Shown here: positions 24,603-37,234 of the stretch, one piece after another
Position numbering within the stretch: position 1 is the first letter of the stretch
How the letters are laid out: the number at the start of each line of letters is the position of its first letter
Assembly (NCBI RefSeq): GCF_035594765.1
Contig: NC_085846.1
Location: forward strand, 84,865,190-84,929,189
Reading direction: 5' to 3'
Length of the DNA: 64,000 bases
Source: Anolis carolinensis
Lineage: Eukaryota
Program-made: the position numbers and the translations under genes
The notes under the pieces: generated by a model
What the model was told of the DNA's origin: nothing
Seen by the model: the letters and a program-made list of their open reading frames with translations, nothing else
Databases searched by the model: none

Positions 24603-25868
24603 TAGGCATGTGCGCTTAATAAAAAAAGTTTCAAAAGTCATTACAAAACTGGGGGGCTCTGGCATTTCATTTCTAAAGTGTTTCTAAAGTATCATTAATG
24701 AAAATTTCATTACTATAATGAGAGTATCAAAATTTTGTTACTTTTTTGTTATAGTAACTGTGCAAGTGGGGAAATTTCAGGGGTTTCCTTCTCCCTCCTT
24801 CTTACAGCTGTGGAGGTGAAACTTGTTACAATGGTACAACACATTTACCACAGTTAGCCCAACAAATTTCAGAACGGATTTCCAAGGATTTTGCGGAATT
24901 TTCAAAGTGTTTATATATATATATATATAAAATTACAAGAGCTATCACCTTGAATTTTCTATACAATGACACAAGATAATAGGGGATCATTCCTATCAAC
25001 GTTCAGAAATATTAATACACCTATTAATTTTAGGAATTTTTAAAACGTTTTGTCAAAAGCATTTTTTAAAGTCACAACAGCTATCTCATTGAATGTTTCT
25101 TTTATTAACCAGTATTAACAAATTTTACATTTTCATAGAATCCTAGAGTTGGAGCAGACCCCCAATGGCATCTAGTCCAACCCCCTTCTTGCAGGCAGAA
25201 GGGCACAATCTAAACTCTCCTGACAGATGACCATCCAGCCTTTAAACTAATTAATATGCTTCCCCTATTAAGTTGGAAGGGCAAGGACCATCTATTTTAG
25301 GGATTTCTTCCCAGCCCAGCACAGAGATTTACTTACTAGAAATATCAGTCAGTCCTCCTCTTTGCAGATTTAACAATTTATTGGAATCCTGGCTGGCTGC
25401 TGCTACATCTCTCCCCTATCCTGATTGGGCTTTTTGATGTGAGCAGAATTTTGGAAATAGTTTAGGGCAGGGCATTTTGAATTCTCTGGCACAGAGCTCC
25501 TCGCCTTCCCAAACTAGATTTCCCAGAGTCCTGTGCTTTCTTTCCCAGCAAACTCTGCTTTCTCCCTGCTTTCCCCCTCCTAATGGCAAGAGGACATTAA
25601 TTTAAAGAGGAATGGGAGCCTTTTTGGCTGCTTGCCATGAAAATGAAACTGACTTGAGGCTTGAGGGTGGTCCAAAAATAACGTTCTATTATTTTTTATT
25701 ATTAGTATTCTGAGCATTACAAAATTAATATGAAAAAGGATTGGGTAAGTTTTGATTCTTAAGTTTTATTCGCAGGCTACGACCACATGTCAGATATCAC
25801 TTCAGAAGTACAGATTAAACAAACTTTAATATGACTTACAGAACTTCTGAAAATTTTGCACAAGTCTA
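24603..25868. mobile_element. Non-autonomous hAT element (TAGGCATG-type TIR)
   Basis: TAGGCATGTGC / GCACAAGTCTA; TSD GTAGACAT/GCAGACAT; internal part 25290-25650 recurs at ~27900-28350. Confidence 0.75.
25134..25243 (-). mobile_element. CR1 LINE 3' tip nested in hAT
   Basis: CATAGAATCCTAGAGTTGG...CTAGTCCAACCCC, the reverse of the CR1 ATTCTATG terminus. Confidence 0.8.
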
Positions 25869-27106
25869 GCAGACATATGCAAGCTGCTTTAAAGTTTTAA
25901 GCACTCTCCTATTTTGCTTCTATCTAGTTTGTTCCTTTGTAATCCTTTGTAATTCAGGGGTTTTACTTTTAGTTATACTTCAACCCCTGTATCTGTAGTG
26001 GATATATCCATGAACTTACCATGGAAAAAGGAAACCATGGATAATAGTGGACCTAATTCAAATAAATTGATTATCTTGGAAATTATCATAGAGTTACCTT
26101 GGAGGACCTATTAAAAGTATCCTGTTTAGGAATTCGTTAGGTCATCCACAACAATTCTGTGATAACTTCTGATGGAAGAATACCATAGAATTACCTGGAG
26201 GACCTGGAAAATTCCCAGGAATGACATATTTTGTTTGAATGCAAGTAGTTGAAACCTGTTTCTCTGTATTGGCTTTGTCTTATTATGTTGTCTTCTTATA
26301 GTGGTTTTTTTAGTTTACATTTTCAATGTACTGTAAACAACCTGGAAAACTCCAGTAATTTGGAATTATCAACCAACCAACCAACCAACCAACTAATATT
26401 TAGACAGTGAAGACCTATTATTTAAAAGTAGCTACTGTGCATGTTTCATTTTTATACTGCTATATCAACCTAATACTGCAATGACTCAATCCTAGTTAAA
26501 TGGTACTGAAACTATTCCCATCACAAAAATCAGAATTTGAATCATAATATTTAATCATGTGTTCAAATCTATTTCTAATATTGAGTCAAGCCAATATTAT
26601 TGCATTGCTTGGTAATGGGTCTTTGAAGTGTTCAACGGCTATTAATTCATTTACTATTCATTGTAATACCACTTATCATAATGAATTCATTTGGTATTCA
26701 TCTAAATGTTGTATTTAGTTATACTGCAATTTAGTATTAATTGATGTACTACCTAATTTCCCCTACAAAGGAAGAATATAGGCTGTTTTCATGAAATATA
26801 CTCCCATAACATTTTATAGCAGTAATAATGCTAGAGATCTAATTCATATATTGGACTTGATTTTACAGTCCCACCATAGCAATTATAGAATATATGGTAG
26901 TCTGTAAAATTATGAGAACACACAATGAATGCATATATTAAATAGGAAAAAAAAAAACATTTGCTTTGACCTTTAAAAATTCAGGCACATTGTTGCAAAA
27001 GAAATCACCTGGTTTTAAATATCTATTTTAATAGGAGGGCTCAGTTTCTTGGGGAAAATTATCAATGTCCTCTCCTATTTGGTGTCAAAAATTGAGAACC
27101 TTTTGA

Positions 27107-27885
27107 CTTTATTTATTTATTTATTTATTCCCATCATTTCTATCCCGCCCTTCTCACCCGAAGGGACTCTGGGCGGCTCACAGTCTGGCAAAATTCAATG
27201 CCAATATACAATACAAGAAGATAAAACATAAGCAATTAAAACACTTAGATAATTTAACAAAGTACAATAAATAGATTTAAATACCAATCAATCAAAATTA
27301 AATACAATAAACATTCATAAAAATATACATATAAATATACAATTGGCGCATTTCGAGTCTAAAAAACTGGGTCTGTCATTGAGTTCTAAAGCGTGTAGTA
27401 GTAATTGATGCTGCTATTATTGTTCGAAGGCCTGGTCCCACAACCAGGAAAGATAGGAGGGAGGGAGCCTGCCTGACATTATTTGGGAGGGCGTTCCATA
27501 GGGAGCCACTACTGAAAAGGCCCTGTCTCTTGTCCCTGCCAGCTGCACCTGTGAGGCCGGCAGGACCGCCAGCAGGGCCTCACCTGAAGATCTTAAATTT
27601 TGAGGTGGGTCGTAGCAGGAGAGACATTCGGACAAGTAAGCTGGGCCAGAACATTTGGAGCTTTATAGGCTAAGGCCAACACCTTGAATTGTGCTCAGTA
27701 GCTAATCGGCAGCCACTGGAGCTGGCGTAACAGAGGAGTAGTACGCTCCCTGTATGCTGCTCCGGTTATTAACCTGGCAGCCTCCCGTTGGACTAATTGA
27801 AGCTTCTGAACAGTCTTCAAAGGCAGCCCCACGTAGAGTGCATTGCAGTAGTCTAGTCAGGATGTAACATGAGCATGGACCCCTA
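27107..27885 (-). mobile_element. L2 LINE, 5'-truncated
   Basis: ORF2 C-terminal motifs NLRSSGEALLAV..GTRDRAFSVVAP; 3' stem-loop and (TTTA)n tail. Confidence 0.9.
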
Positions 27886-27899
27886 TAGTATGGGTGACA

Positions 27900-28350
27900 T
27901 CCATTTAGGGCTTTCTTTCCAGCCCAGCACAGAGATTTACTTATTAGAAGTATCAGTCAGTCCTCCTCTTTGCAGATTCAACCATTCATTGGAACTCTTG
28001 CTGGCTGCTGTTACCAAAGGAACAAATCTCTCTCTCTGCTACCCTGATTGGTAGTTTCTAATGCTGATGCATTCTGGGAAATGCAGTTCAGAGCAGGACC
28101 TTTTTAATTATCTGGCATAGAGCTCCTCCCTTCCTGAACTACATTTCCCAGATTTCTGTGCTCTTCCCAGAAAACACTCCTCCCTCTTTTTCCTGCTCCT
28201 AATGCCGCGGCGCCATTAGTTTAGAGAAAAGGCAAGGCACTAAGACAGCCTTTTTGGCTTTGCTTTGCTTCCTTGTGCTGAAAAGGAAACTGACTTTGGG
28301 AACCTTCCAAGATTTACAAAAAAGTTTCAATTCTTAAAATTTTGGCACAG
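27900..28350. mobile_element. Right part of a second copy of the 24603-type hAT element
   Basis: CCAGCCCAGCACAGAGATTTACTTA...TCAGTCAGTCCTCCTCTTTGCAGATT near-identical to 25311-25370. Confidence 0.7.
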
Positions 28351-28728
28351 GCCACACCCACGTATTGGATATTGCTTTGTAAGTACAAAATTTAACAGGC
28401 AAAAAAAAAAATGCACACCTGTTATTAGTTATTGCTACCCTATTTTGAGTTCTAACCCATAAGTTAAGATGTATGGGACATTTGACGGATTGCCTACTTA
28501 ATAGACATTTCCCACAGTATGTATGATAAGGTCTTTTGTCTTATGAGAATGAACTCAACCAAATTGATGTAGCCCTACTATACACCACATATAGAGCTGA
28601 AAGAGCTCTAAAAATTGATAACAGTGTTGCTTTATCACTGCCTACCACAATGCATGCAAACAATGCACACCAAACAGTTAAAAAAGGAGATGATTTACCC
28701 CATCACAACTGAAGCATTTCTAGTGGTA

Positions 28729-29051
28729 CAGTAGAGTCTCACTTATCCAACACTCACTTATCCAACATTCTGGATTATCCAACACATTTTTGGAGTCAAT
28801 GTTTTCAATATATCGTGATATTTTGGTGCTAAATTCATAAATACAGTAATTACTACATAGCATTACTGTGTACTGAACTACTTTTTCTGCCAAATTTGTT
28901 GTCTAACATGATGTTTTGGTGCTTCATTTGTAAAATCATAGCCTAATTTGATGTTTAATAGGCTTTTTTTTAATGCCTCCTTATTATCCAACATATTCGC
29001 TTATCCAACATTCTGCCAGCCCGTTTATGTTGGATAAGTGAGACTCTACTG
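28729..29051. mobile_element. 323-bp Tc1/mariner MITE
   Basis: Perfect TIR, TA TSD. Confidence 0.95.
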
Positions 29052-29119
29052 TAGAACCTTAGGGGTCTAGGAAACCATAGTTGAGAAATTTGCATCACCA
29101 ACTGTGGTCAATCACAATT

Positions 29120-29560
29120 AACAACAACAACTACTACTACTTTATTTTTAACCAGCCCTCTCTCCCCGAAGGGACTCAGGGTGGCTTCCAAAGACAGAGA
29201 TAGCAAACATTCAATGTTATGTGTTATGACAAAAAATAGAAATAAAACAGAAACCAATAAACAGTTAAAAACAAATTGTTAAAATAAACCAGTATAACAA
29301 CCTAGGATAAAACATATAGTTGATCAACCTCATAAATAACACAACAAGATGGTAAAATCTGGATAAAAGTATAAAATATACGCATATAAAAACGTGGCTG
29401 TCCCATGAGTTAAGGTAATATAATCACTGTTAGCATTGTCAGATATGATAAAAGCAAAACAAACAAACAAACAAACAGTCTTGCCCTCCAATGGCCAATG
29501 TGTAAAGGTATGTTTTAATTGCGTGTTAAAGGAGAGAAGAGGAAAAGCTTCCAGGCGTGT
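29120..29560 (-). mobile_element. L2 LINE 3' fragment
   Basis: Stem-loop CCCTCTCTCCCCGAAGGGACTCAGGGTGGCTT, trinucleotide tail, degenerate ORF2 end (LLSFNTQLKH). Confidence 0.65.
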
Positions 29561-31193
29561 TGTCATCACACTAAACTATGGTTTAAAACAAGGTAGGAAC
29601 TATGTGGCCCACTGGGCATATTCAGTGCCTTCAACAAGACTGAAAAAGAAAGAGGTTCACCATCTATTCATAAGAAGCAATGCATATAAATAAACAGAAA
29701 GGCAGTATGACAGATGCACAGAGCACTTAGATTATTCACAGCCATGCAAATTGTGGGCTTGTTAAAATCCTATGTATTTTCAGGACCTGTGCAGTGGGAA
29801 ATCTATTAGTGGATCTCCTATTCACTCGTCTTGGTAAGTCCTCCGTTTAAAGTCTAAATGTCTGTTAAAATACTTTTGCGCATCATTGTTTCAAATAATG
29901 CTACAAAGATATTTTAATCTGTTAGTACACATAGTATGTCTGCTTAATACCGTTTCTCCTTTATTAGTTCTTATTTCTTTAAGTAGGTAAATTTCAGTAA
30001 ATATTTCTAGTGAGTGACTTTCATTTCCTTGAGATTGGGAAAGGAATGGTCAGTGCAGGGTAAAATAAAGGGAAGCTTTGTGGCTGTCTTTAAATACCTC
30101 CATTCGGAAGATTTACTGTGGTAACCCTGACAAAGCAAATGGCTGTTCCTTTGGCAGCAAAAGAGTTTTAAGAAGACAGTAGGCATTGTTGTTGTTTGCC
30201 TTGCAAATTATAAAATACCTCAAAAATTACATGGTGTCAAGCTGTGTGACACAGATTATAAAAATAATATATAGCCCTGAATTTTATTAAGAAAATTATA
30301 CCAGATAACTCTTAGTATCCCTGAGACATGATAATCTATCTTAAACTTTGTTATTACGTAGGAATGGCAGTTGGGCGGAAGTTTTAAACCTTTGGAAAGA
30401 AGAATATATATGTAAAAATAAACCCATATTAGATTTTAGGAGTTAATGATTTTGATAGGAGTCAGGCACTTATTTACTCCATTAAAGGAAGTAGCAGAAG
30501 TCAGCAGAACTAAGTAAAATTCAACAGACTACATTATTTATTGTTATAGGAACATAGCAAAATCAGGGCAGATTTTCTTGATTGGTTATAGTACAGTGGG
30601 TCCCTAAGGTCTCATTACTACCTATGAACAAATCCTCTGAGCTGGTTGTGATAGAAGTCACCCCTTACCTCACACATTTCCTGTCTCTTTAGGAGTTCAT
30701 AAGCTCAACATTTTTTATTTTAGATAATAGGAAAACTAGTCCTTTTGTCTGCCTCTCTTCACAGCCATTGCTAAAACACACATTCACCTTAAAACAGTAT
30801 TTAAAATACACACATGAAAACATATTTACACAAAATACATATTAAAATATAAGAATTCAAAACTTTGTCTAAATTCTTTAAATTTAAGATTAGAACTCAA
30901 GAGTGGGTTTCCTAGTTCACTATTATGGAAAAGATCAGTCAGCACTATATGAGGTGTTCCAGATGTTTTCAAGGAAACATTACTTCATGATTTGCTAGAA
31001 TCCCCTTCTCTTCCATTAACTCTTCTGAATTTTCAGAAGTATGTTTCCCAGTCAACACAGATAGTTCATGATGTTCTTTGTATCTATTGAAGATATGTTC
31101 TGTTCTACCTATTATCATACTTCACCATTCGCCCTTTCTCTGGTATTGTTTTAACCTAAATCTTTTCCTTTTAAACTGAATTCTGAAATAGTT

Positions 31194-31248
31194 TATAATA
31201 ATAATAATAATAAAACTTTATTTATACCCCGCCACCATCTCCCCAATG
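31194..31248 (-). mobile_element. L2 3' tip with (TAA)n
   Basis: AAAACTTTATTTATACCCCGCCACCATCTCCCCAATG. Confidence 0.75.
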
Positions 31249-31413
31249 TTCTTGCATAGGCTCAGAATCTACTCTCTATTGTGCCTAGGCTCATGCTCTA
31301 AATTATGTGGAATAGGTACAATAGAAATGTCGTGTAGAGAAAGCAAGGAGATCTTGTGTTACCTTTGTGAATGAGAGAAAAAATTGTAGTATGTAATTTT
31401 GTAGACCAAGGAG

Positions 31414-31628
31414 CAGTGATTCCCAAAGTGGGTGCTACTGCCCCCTGGTGGGCGCTGCAGTGATCCAGGGGGGCGGTGATGGCCACAGGTGCCTTTGCCA
31501 TATGCATTAATACATATATCTTTCTGTTTAATTGCTATTAAATTTAAAAAAAAATAATTTCCATGGGACGCTGAGTAATATATTTTCTGGAAAGGGGGCA
31601 GTAGGCCAAATAAGTTTTGGAACCACTG
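31414..31628. mobile_element. Non-autonomous hAT element
   Basis: TIR CAGTGATTCCCAAA / TTTTGGAACCACTG; TSD degenerate. Confidence 0.7.
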
Positions 31629-31799
31629 CACTAGAGCATCTGTCCACTTTAAATTCTGTTGCTGCCTTTTGCAAATTCTGGGGTTTGTCATTTAGGGAGG
31701 GACCTTTTAACTGCTCAGCCAGAGAGGTCCTGGACCTCACCTAAACTACAAACCTCATAATTCTGCAGGAGGCAGCAACCGGATTTAGATGCTCTTATG

Positions 31800-31934
31800 C
31801 AGAATTTCTCAAACTGTTCTCCTCCAGATGGTTTGGACTTCAGCTCCCACAATTCATAACAGCTGGTAAGCTGGCTGGGATTTCTGGGAAGTGAAGTCCA
31901 AAACATCTGGAAGAGCATAGTTTTAGAAACACTG
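31800..31934. mobile_element. Palindromic hAT MITE
   Basis: CAGAATTTCTCAAACT / AGTTTTAGAAACACTG; fold-back interior; TSD CTCTTATG/CTCTAGTG. Confidence 0.75.
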
Positions 31935-32081
31935 CTCTAGTGTAATGAAGTCCCTAGTCTACCTTTGCAGAAGCTGTCTGATGCTATAATTTCTTTTTCT
32001 CTGTTCAAAGGTGCTACGAGATCCTTTTGCATACTGATATTCCAGACTAACATGGTTATGTTTTTGAATTCCACTACCATT

Positions 32082-32297
32082 GAGAGCCGGTGTGATATAG
32101 CACTTTGTACTTTGGTCTAGACTCAGGAGAGCAGGATTCAAATCTTTGCTCAGTCGTGAAAACTCACTGAGTGACTTTGGGAAACTCATACTCAGCCTCA
32201 GAGGAAGACAAAAGCAAGCATCCTCTGATCAAGAACCCTGCGATAGATTGGCCTTGGGGTCACCATAATTCAGAATCAACATGGAGGAGAGCAACAA
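32082..32297 (+). mobile_element. tRNA-derived SINE (same family as 5230)
   Basis: B box GGATTCAAATC, GTGACTTTGGG core, CAACAA end. Confidence 0.65.
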
Positions 32298-33171
32298 GTA
32301 GGTCGCTACAGATTATAATAATGGTTAGCTCTCTGGAGAGGGATAACCCTTAAAGGCAACCTATGTATACATAAAAATATTGTTTGAACAGCATACTGTT
32401 ACCCCATCATACTACTTAATTTGTGTGCATTAAACATTGAGTAAGGGCTAGAATAAAGCCTTTTCAAATATATACACATGCACACAGTGTATCTCTTTAT
32501 CCCTATAGCCAGCAATTATTCAGCTAATCTCATTTTGGCCTTCAAAATAGCAAAGTACTTCAATTTAGAAACTTGGAGGATATAGCATTGGGGCACTGGT
32601 GTATTGTTGTCTGTATAACCCACAGCACATTAACTGACGATTCAATAAAATTGGTCCTTTACTGACATTTCTGTGTCAGAGAGCTGGAAGGTTTTCAAGC
32701 GTGTTTCCACTTGTGGGTAATATCTGGCATCAGGCATATTTCTAAGTATCTCTTTGTGGCAATACTTGTAGATTTAAGTGGCATTAATTAGAAGCTAGTG
32801 TTCATAGTGGAGGCATATATGAAGCAATAAATACCTTTTGTGGGTGACTAAAGGCCACAGAGCTGTGAATTCAAGGTGTTTGATAATAGGAAATATTGTT
32901 TATTACAAGTTGGCTACAATATGGTGGGCCAAAGCTTTAGTGCTTGATGTCACCTTAGAGAGAGAGAGATCAGACTGGGGCAGGACTCTAAAGAAGATTT
33001 TAAAACCCACTTCATGGTTTACTAATTCAGGCAGCTGGATAGACACAGGGTATATCAAAGAGCAGCTGCTTAAAGCTGTTGCATCTCATTTATATCCATG
33101 ATGAGGCAAGTTGAAGAAAAATACAGTAAAACCTAAAATAGAATGTGGGCATTCAAGAGTAATGTATAAGC

Positions 33172-33902
33172 CAGGGGTCCTCAAACTTTTAAAGCAGAGG
33201 GCCGGTCCACAATCCTTCAGACTGTTGAGGGGCCAAATTATCATTTGAAAAAAACAAAAAAACCAAATTCCTATGCACACTGCATATGTCTTATTTGTAG
33301 TGCAAAAACAACAACAACAACAACGAAAGAAAAATACAATATTTAAAAATAAAAACAATTTTAAACAACACAAACCGATCAGGATTTCAATGGGAAGTGT
33401 GGACCTGCTTCTGGTCAACGAGATAGTCAAGTTAATTAGGACTGTTGTTGGTGTGTGCCTTCAAGTCATTTCAGATTTTCGGTGAGCCTAAGTGAAACAT
33501 TTATTCATTTATTATTTATTTATTTACTACATTTATATCCTGCCTTTGTCACCCCAAAGGGGACTCAGAGAGGCTTACAATTTATATGTACATACAATAT
33601 ATTATTAGCATAGAACAATATTAGCATTATATATTACTATATTGAACTATACCACTATACTGTAATATTATTAGTAATATTACATGTAATATATAATATA
33701 TAATTAATATTATTATATGGTATTATTATTAGTATTATATTGTATTAAATTATAATATTACTATCAATATTATATGTATATATAATATTATATTATTAAA
33801 ACTGATATAAAAAGTATTATATTATAAAACTGAGGGCAGGGGCCAGGTAAATGACCTTGGAGGGCCGCATCCGGCCCACGGGCCTTCGTTTGGGGACCCC
33901 TG
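33172..33902. mobile_element. Non-autonomous hAT (Charlie/OC1-like) carrying retroelement tails
   Basis: TIR CAGGGGTCCTCAAAC / GTTTGGGGACCCCTG; perfect TSD GTATAAGC (33164-33171, 33903-33910). Confidence 0.93.
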
Positions 33903-34117
33903 GTATAAGCTATTCATGTTGATTCAAAATATGATCAGTTTAGATATGTAGCTTCAAAGATTTTAGCCTCCCACTAAAACCAAGTTAGTGTCTTTTTTAG
34001 AGTCCTGTTCCTTTCATGTTAGGTTTAAGGCTAGGAGAATTAAAATGTAGTGTTTGTTTGTAGGTATCAAATCCACCTGAACAAATTATACACACATCGG
34101 GGGAGAATCATGTAGAG

Positions 34118-35117
34118 TAGGCATGTCCGATAGATGAAAAAAATGTTTCAATTCTCATTTCTAAAGTAGGGGGCGCTGGCGCTTCGGTATAGAAAGTATT
34201 TCCGATTTTTTCACCCAAAAATTTCAGCTATTTCTGAAAATTTGTAATGATTCTAAATGTTTCTAAAATGGCATGTGCAATCGCCAAAAAAAAGGAACCC
34301 GAGGGAAGGGGGACTTTTACAGGGCTCTCCCGCCCTCATTTCTTGAGCTATCCTCATCAAATTTGCAATGCCCTTGCAAGTTGTGCAAAGATACTTTGAA
34401 AACTAGAAATTCCCTTGCTATATTTGTAAGCAAGGAGGACACTGGAAATCAATGGTGTCTCTGGCTATGTAATCCCACAAGCCTCAACCCAATGCCTTCA
34501 ATTAGAAATGGACCAGTGACCACCACGCCAAGCAATGCCCTAGCAAGGAGTGCAAAGATACTTTGAAAACTAGAAATTCCCTTGCTAAGAGAAAGAACCA
34601 GCAACAAAACCCTAACCCTTTCTCCAAACCCCTCTGTGGGAACAGCCAGACTGGGCCCCTTCACCCTCTCTCTCCCTCAAGAGGCTTGCTTGCTCTTCGT
34701 TTGCAGACCACCACCCTCTCCACGCAAAGCCCAACCCAGATTGGCTCGCCCGGGCTACACAACGGGCTTTGATGGCAATCTTCCACGTGGACACAGAGGA
34801 CCCTAGCCCCCACCTTTGCGTCCATCGTGGAAGCTTCTGATTGGCCAGGGAGTGGCAGCCATGTTAGGCTGCACTAAGCTCCCATTCAAGGTAGGTTGCA
34901 GAAACAATTTTTTAAAAATATTAAAATATATATATTAAAAAAATTGGGGGGGGGGGATTAACGAAACATTAAGAGACAATTAGAGAATGGGCCAATAATG
35001 GTTCGAATTACATTGCTGCTTGTGCTGTGAGATGATGTCTCGGATGCATATCAAAAAGCGAGAACAATCCGAAATAAATCCGATATACAATTCAAAATGA
35101 TTTTTTGGACATGTCTA
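34118..35117. mobile_element. Non-autonomous hAT element (TAGGCATG-type TIR)
   Basis: TAGGCATGTCC / GGACATGTCTA; TSD ATGTAGAG (34110-34117, 35118-35125); internal ~55-bp direct repeat at ~34365 and ~34532. Confidence 0.88.
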
Positions 35118-35125
35118 ATGTAGAG

Positions 35126-35711
35126 CAATGGTTCCCAACCTTTTGTTGACCAGGGACCACTTTGGCCAGGGACCACTCTCCAAAAGGGTTATGAATCAGT
35201 TTTTGGTCAACTTTAGATTCAGTTTGGTTATTTGGGGTGCTGATTTAGAAAATTGCATTGGATAGACCACATCAAATCTAGTTTCTGATACAGAACATAT
35301 GCAATCCAGTAGTCGCCATCTGCTCACCCACAGAAAACCATATTTAATAAGCTAGAGCTCATGTGGTCTATCCAATGCACTTTTCTGAAACAGCACCCCA
35401 AACAATCCCAGGAACAGGCCTAAAAACAAAGATATCAAGGCGCCCCAATTCCAGGCACCACATGGAACGGCTTGGCTCCAAGGGAGGGAGAGAGGGAGGA
35501 GGAGAAGCAGCAGTCAGGAGACTTGTCATCACGCCTTTCATTGGTAGTCAGCGTCTCTTCTCCCGATATCTCTATTGCCCCGGCACTATAAGAGGGCTTC
35601 ATGAGACCAGTCACTCTCGTTGTACCAGTGTAGTAATGGCAAGGCCATGGATCATATTTTAGTTCTTGGGGGACCACTGATGGTCCATGGACCACAGGTT
35701 GGGAACCACTG
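35126..35711. mobile_element. Non-autonomous hAT element (CAGTGG-type TIR)
   Basis: CAATGGTTCCCAACC / GGTTGGGAACCACTG; TSD ATGTAGAG (35118-35125, 35712-35719). Confidence 0.92.
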
Positions 35712-36742
35712 ATGTAGAGGATGTGCATTCTTTTGCTATAAAATACAATTTCCAAGCCCTGTGCCAAAGTGATTTGAACCATTTTGATAGTTTTGATCTG
35801 TATATAATATTCTACTCCTAACCAACAATGTGCTGCCATCTTTCATTCATTTTTTCATTTTTGGAGGGGGGGGGGGGATTTGCTACCTTTTGGAAACAAA
35901 CTCTAGAAATATGTACTGTACATCCTAAACCATCTCAAACTAAAGAACTTCACAACAGATATCCCCAAAACTGTCAAGGCCAGCTAGATATCTTTATTTG
36001 GGAATTGAATTTTTTCTGTTTCCCATTGTCAAAATATCAACACATCTCTAACAGAGGTTAAAAGGGGGCAGAGAACATACTCTGCATGAAATTCGCAAAT
36101 TTATAACTGGCTTAATGCTTGAGCCTCTTTGTGGGTTTGCATGAAGTATGCTTATCTACAGTATATCCAAAACCTATTTCACAAGATGGTCGGCATCAGC
36201 AAGGTATTAAAATTGCCAATTGTTCGGTTGCCTTTGGAAACTATAATGAGAAGCTTGTCTCACAGGTTAAATCTCCAGGATGGCCAAGAATAAAATCTGT
36301 TTTCCCATTTCAGATGTGTACAGCCTGGGGGATTGTGTTGCAATCTAATGTCACTTGTTGCAACAGATGTTTTAAACACAACTCTGCTATTCCCTGCCCT
36401 TGGAACATCCTACAGCAAATTGGAAGTACAAACAGACAGTTTTGCATAAAAGCAGCATCACCTATGATAGATACTGATATATATTCTTAACTAGTAATAG
36501 TACACATAGCAGGGAATGTAGATATGGTTATGTTTATTTATTTATTTAGTTTTAAAAAGCAAACACTAAGCATCAAGTCAAACAAGTGAATTATTTTTAT
36601 TTTGCTTTTTAAATCTAATGTAAAAATGCATTTTAATAGAAAGTGGAAAGGTAGTAGTAGTATGTCAGTGAATTGGGGGGGGTCCCACTCATATTTTTTC
36701 TGTCGTTAACAGTCCTTTGAGATTTTTTTTTATTCTAAAAAG

Positions 36743-36840
36743 ACTGCAGCAGAAATCATGCAATCAAAGATGTGTATGTACAGAAAAATGGTATAATGAA
36801 GCGCTTACATACTGAAAGCATGTAAAGCCTTCGGATAAAA
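36743..36840 (+). other. Candidate exon of unknown host transcript
   Basis: T-tract then AG; consensus donor GTAAGT at 36841; one frame reads CSRNHAIKDVYVQKNGIMKRLHTESM* with stop 15 nt before donor. Confidence 0.25.
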
Positions 36841-37163
36841 GTAAGTACATTTTATTTCCAGTCCTTCTTAGCATTTTTAAATGATATTGAAAATGTTGAA
36901 AGAATTAAAGATGTATGAACAGACATTTTATGGTGTGTTTTGAAACCAATACACACTATAGAGAATTTAGTCCCTCAATGAGAAGCGATATGTGTCATTT
37001 GATATAATCTTTTGTAAAACTGGTATTTCCCTACTGGCACCAAAGCCACAAAAGAACAATTATAAATGATTAATATACCTCCAGGCAGTGATTGGAAGTG
37101 TCTGCATATTGAAAAATAGTCTATATTATTGTTGTTTCTGTTCTTAGTACTATACCTTGGAAT

Positions 37164-37213
<50 letters not shown>

Positions 37214-37234
37214 AAATAATAATAATAATAATAA
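37164..37234. repeat. (GAT)n(AAT)n compound microsatellite
   Basis: Direct reading; reverse of the compound tail at 8480-8547. Confidence 0.95.
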
